Source of the DNA: Candidatus Micrarchaeota archaeon
Lineage (GTDB): Archaea; Micrarchaeota; Micrarchaeia; Anstonellales; Bilamarchaeaceae
Length of the DNA: 16,984 nucleotides
Direction of reading: 5' to 3'
Assembly: GCA_018304385.1 (NCBI GenBank)
Contig: JAGVWJ010000038.1
Coordinates: 1-16,984 of the forward strand
Each line of letters opens with the position of its first letter. The first letter of the stretch is position 1. The position numbers and the translations under genes are program-made. Shown piece by piece: positions 15,118-16,984 of the stretch. The notes under the pieces were generated by a model. The model saw only the letters and a program-made list of their open reading frames with translations. It was not told the DNA's origin and searched no databases.

Positions 15118-16083
15118 ATCAAAAACAGATTTATCAAATTCTTCATCAAATTCAACAAGCTTATAAACTAAAAATTCTTTCTCTAATTTTATATCTTTAA
15201 ATTTCTCAATATAGAAAGCTAAACCTAACCCAAGTTTTTTATCTCGTAATTCATAACCATATCCATTCCAATCTTTAGTAACATAAAATTTAACTACCTC
15301 TCGGTCTGCAAATTGCTCGGTCCGCTGTAGAGTATTTGTTTCCTTCACGTATCTTGCGCCATCCCGTGCATAATATTCATCATAATCCCTTTTCACTTGT
15401 TCAACTTCCTTATCATATTCTTCCTCACTTCTATAGTAGTTAGGTTTTGCATATTTGTTCGCATATAAATTATAAACAGCTTCAATTGCTTCTGCACCAT
15501 TGTTGATTTCATTAGCAACTAACCCAGAGCTAAATTCCATTTCACAGTTCCACTCCTCACTACTGCCATTACTTATCGTCTTAGTTATGATAGCATGCTG
15601 CCATTGCTTTAGTGTAATGTCTCTATAAAACTCCCTGCCAACTAATGCATATTTCTTACCTTCATATTCCATAAATTCAGTTGGCGATCCTTTACAAAAA
15701 CCTTTACCTAAATAATCCTCATCATAGCGATCTATGCGCACTAATGCACCTTTTTTCAAAAACCAAATCTTAATTATCCCATTACTTGGCTGCTCTGGAA
15801 TTGCTTCTACTGACCCATATTTTTCAATTCCATCAATATAACCTGATTTAACATAGTAATAATTCAAATAAAAAGAATTCAAATCCTTAAATCCAGTTTC
15901 CCAGGGTAGAAAGCGTTCTTTTGGTTTAGCTTCTACAACTTTCTCTTTTGGTAGTGTTTCTACTTTTGTTTCATTTATTTTTATACTTTCATTTTTTGTT
16001 TCATTTTTCTCAGTAGGCACACTACCTTTAATGCAACCAAAAAGTAAACTGGCAATTAATAATAGAATAATAATTCGTTTCAA
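15109..16083 (-). CDS. Predicted lipoprotein, C-terminus LolA/DUF4412-like
   Basis: TTG start with SD-like AAGGTGG; MKR + hydrophobic stretch + LFGC lipobox; aromatic beta-rich body ending DKKLGLGL...FDKSVFDL. Confidence 0.72.
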   Translation of the reverse strand: MKRIIILLLIASLLFGCIKGSVPTEKNETKNESIKINETKVETLPKEKVVEAKPKERFLPWETGFKDLNSFYLNYYYVKSGYIDGIEKYGSVEAIPEQPSNGIIKIWFLKKGALVRIDRYDEDYLGKGFCKGSPTEFMEYEGKKYALVGREFYRDITLKQWQHAIITKTISNGSSEEWNCEMEFSSGLVANEINNGAEAIEAVYNLYANKYAKPNYYRSEEEYDKEVEQVKRDYDEYYARDGARYVKETNTLQRTEQFADREVVKFYVTKDWNGYGYELRDKKLGLGLAFYIEKFKDIKLEKEFLVYKLVEFDEEFDKSVFDLG

Positions 16084-16115
16084 TTTCCCACCTTATTATT
16101 TAATAATCAGTAACA

Positions 16116-16123
16116 TATTTAAA
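16116..16123. promoter_or_regulatory. Probable shared TATA box of divergent lipoprotein and peptidase genes
   Basis: TATTTAAA (TTTAAATA on the - strand) in the 61-nt divergent gap; 21 nt before ATG 16145. Confidence 0.4.
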
Positions 16124-16144
16124 GATTTGGTGGAGAATTAAAAT

Positions 16145-16984
16145 ATGGGGTTCAAGAAAGAAGAACTATTAGAAAAGGGGCCATATAATCTGAAAGTTGC
16201 TAGGACTGTGGATGAAGCATTAGTTCTACTTAAAAAAGAACTCATTGGTTTCTTAAACGAAGTTGCGTTAACAAGGCAGCAAAAGATCGCTTCCGAAAAA
16301 CCCAGATCCGGTTATCTTCCACCAGCATCAATTGGCTGGGGTGATATTTTTAGTGCATTCTATTGTCATACTGTTGCAACTGCAAAAGACATAGTCAAGG
16401 ATTTTAAAAAAGTTGCAGATGAAATAGAGGTCCAGCAGGCTGGCGAGGGTTATAATCCAAATACATACATTACTTCTGCTGTATTTGGAACACAGCCCCA
16501 TATATTAACTAAACTTAACTTTTTCCTAGAGCGCTTCCCACCATTTTTCGTTGTTGCGAATACAGAGTATGTAAACACAATACAAGGTAAAGATAGCACA
16601 CTTGCTTATTACGGGCAAGGTGCAAACGTTGTTGTAATACGAGATAAGGATTACGAAAATTACAAAGGAACCGATAATCTAACAGCACTATACACACACG
16701 AAACATTTCACTATATTACTAGCGCCTTTAGAAAAGAGAGTTTACCAGAACCCTGGTTAGTAGAAGGAATGACGGAATATTTAACGCAACGCGCAGTTCG
16801 CCATAGAGCCGTCCAACCAGATTATCCATTCTACTCAGAGTATACACGCTCGATCTATTATTTAGCAAAACTTGTTGGTGATGAGGCAATTGCAGAGGTA
16901 CATCTTACTGGAGATATGTCTAAGATAAGAAGCAGTTTGGATTCAACATTCGGTTTTGGAACTTATAACAAAATCATCAGTGCC
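16145..16984 (+). CDS. Gluzincin-type zinc metallopeptidase, 3'-truncated by window edge
   Basis: ATG 16145 after SD-like GGTGGAG; 280 codons open to the end. LYTHETFHY (HExxH) is followed by WLVEGMTEY (third-ligand Glu motif). Absent from the ORF track. Confidence 0.85.
   Translation, partial: MGFKKEELLEKGPYNLKVARTVDEALVLLKKELIGFLNEVALTRQQKIASEKPRSGYLPPASIGWGDIFSAFYCHTVATAKDIVKDFKKVADEIEVQQAGEGYNPNTYITSAVFGTQPHILTKLNFFLERFPPFFVVANTEYVNTIQGKDSTLAYYGQGANVVVIRDKDYENYKGTDNLTALYTHETFHYITSAFRKESLPEPWLVEGMTEYLTQRAVRHRAVQPDYPFYSEYTRSIYYLAKLVGDEAIAEVHLTGDMSKIRSSLDSTFGFGTYNKIISA

Noticed and set aside
336-16706. Antisense or alternate-frame ORFs in the track (e.g. 2825-3043, 3841-4284, 5603-6016, 10617-10808, 12822-13109, 13839-14061, 16515-16706)
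   Set aside because: They are shadows of well-supported genes or low-complexity AT-rich frames, with no motifs or start signals.

Overview
AT-rich archaeal chromosomal segment. The archaeal-type TrpRS, PheT, ACD and thiolase/DUF35 genes, TATA-box promoters and 'FGC' lipoproteins suggest a DPANN lineage such as Micrarchaeota; this taxonomy is inference. Housekeeping genes: trpS 3' end, acdB-acdA (ADP-forming acetate-CoA ligase), purF-pheT, thiolase + DUF35, and purQ. Interleaved accessory genes: an MBL-fold hydrolase, a cluster of three receiver (REC) domain proteins around a 2-TM receptor-like protein with no histidine kinase in view, two lipoproteins, a tandem pair of unknown paralogues, a solo Cas2-like ORF and a truncated gluzincin peptidase. 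Two CDSs are missing from the ORF track: the DUF35 reading frame (11726-12121) and the gluzincin (16145->end). Main oddities: the kinase-less REC/receptor cluster on a symmetric bidirectional TATA promoter; an apparent microhomology deletion fusing the thiolase 3' end to a start-less DUF35 gene; a TGTAAC-N4-GTTACA palindrome present twice in intergenic DNA, once at the apex of a long G.U-rich hairpin; and inverted heptamer arrays plus a mini-ORF in the thiolase leader. No rRNA, tRNA, CRISPR array, integrase or transposase was seen. All family calls are by eye from motifs; no searches were run.
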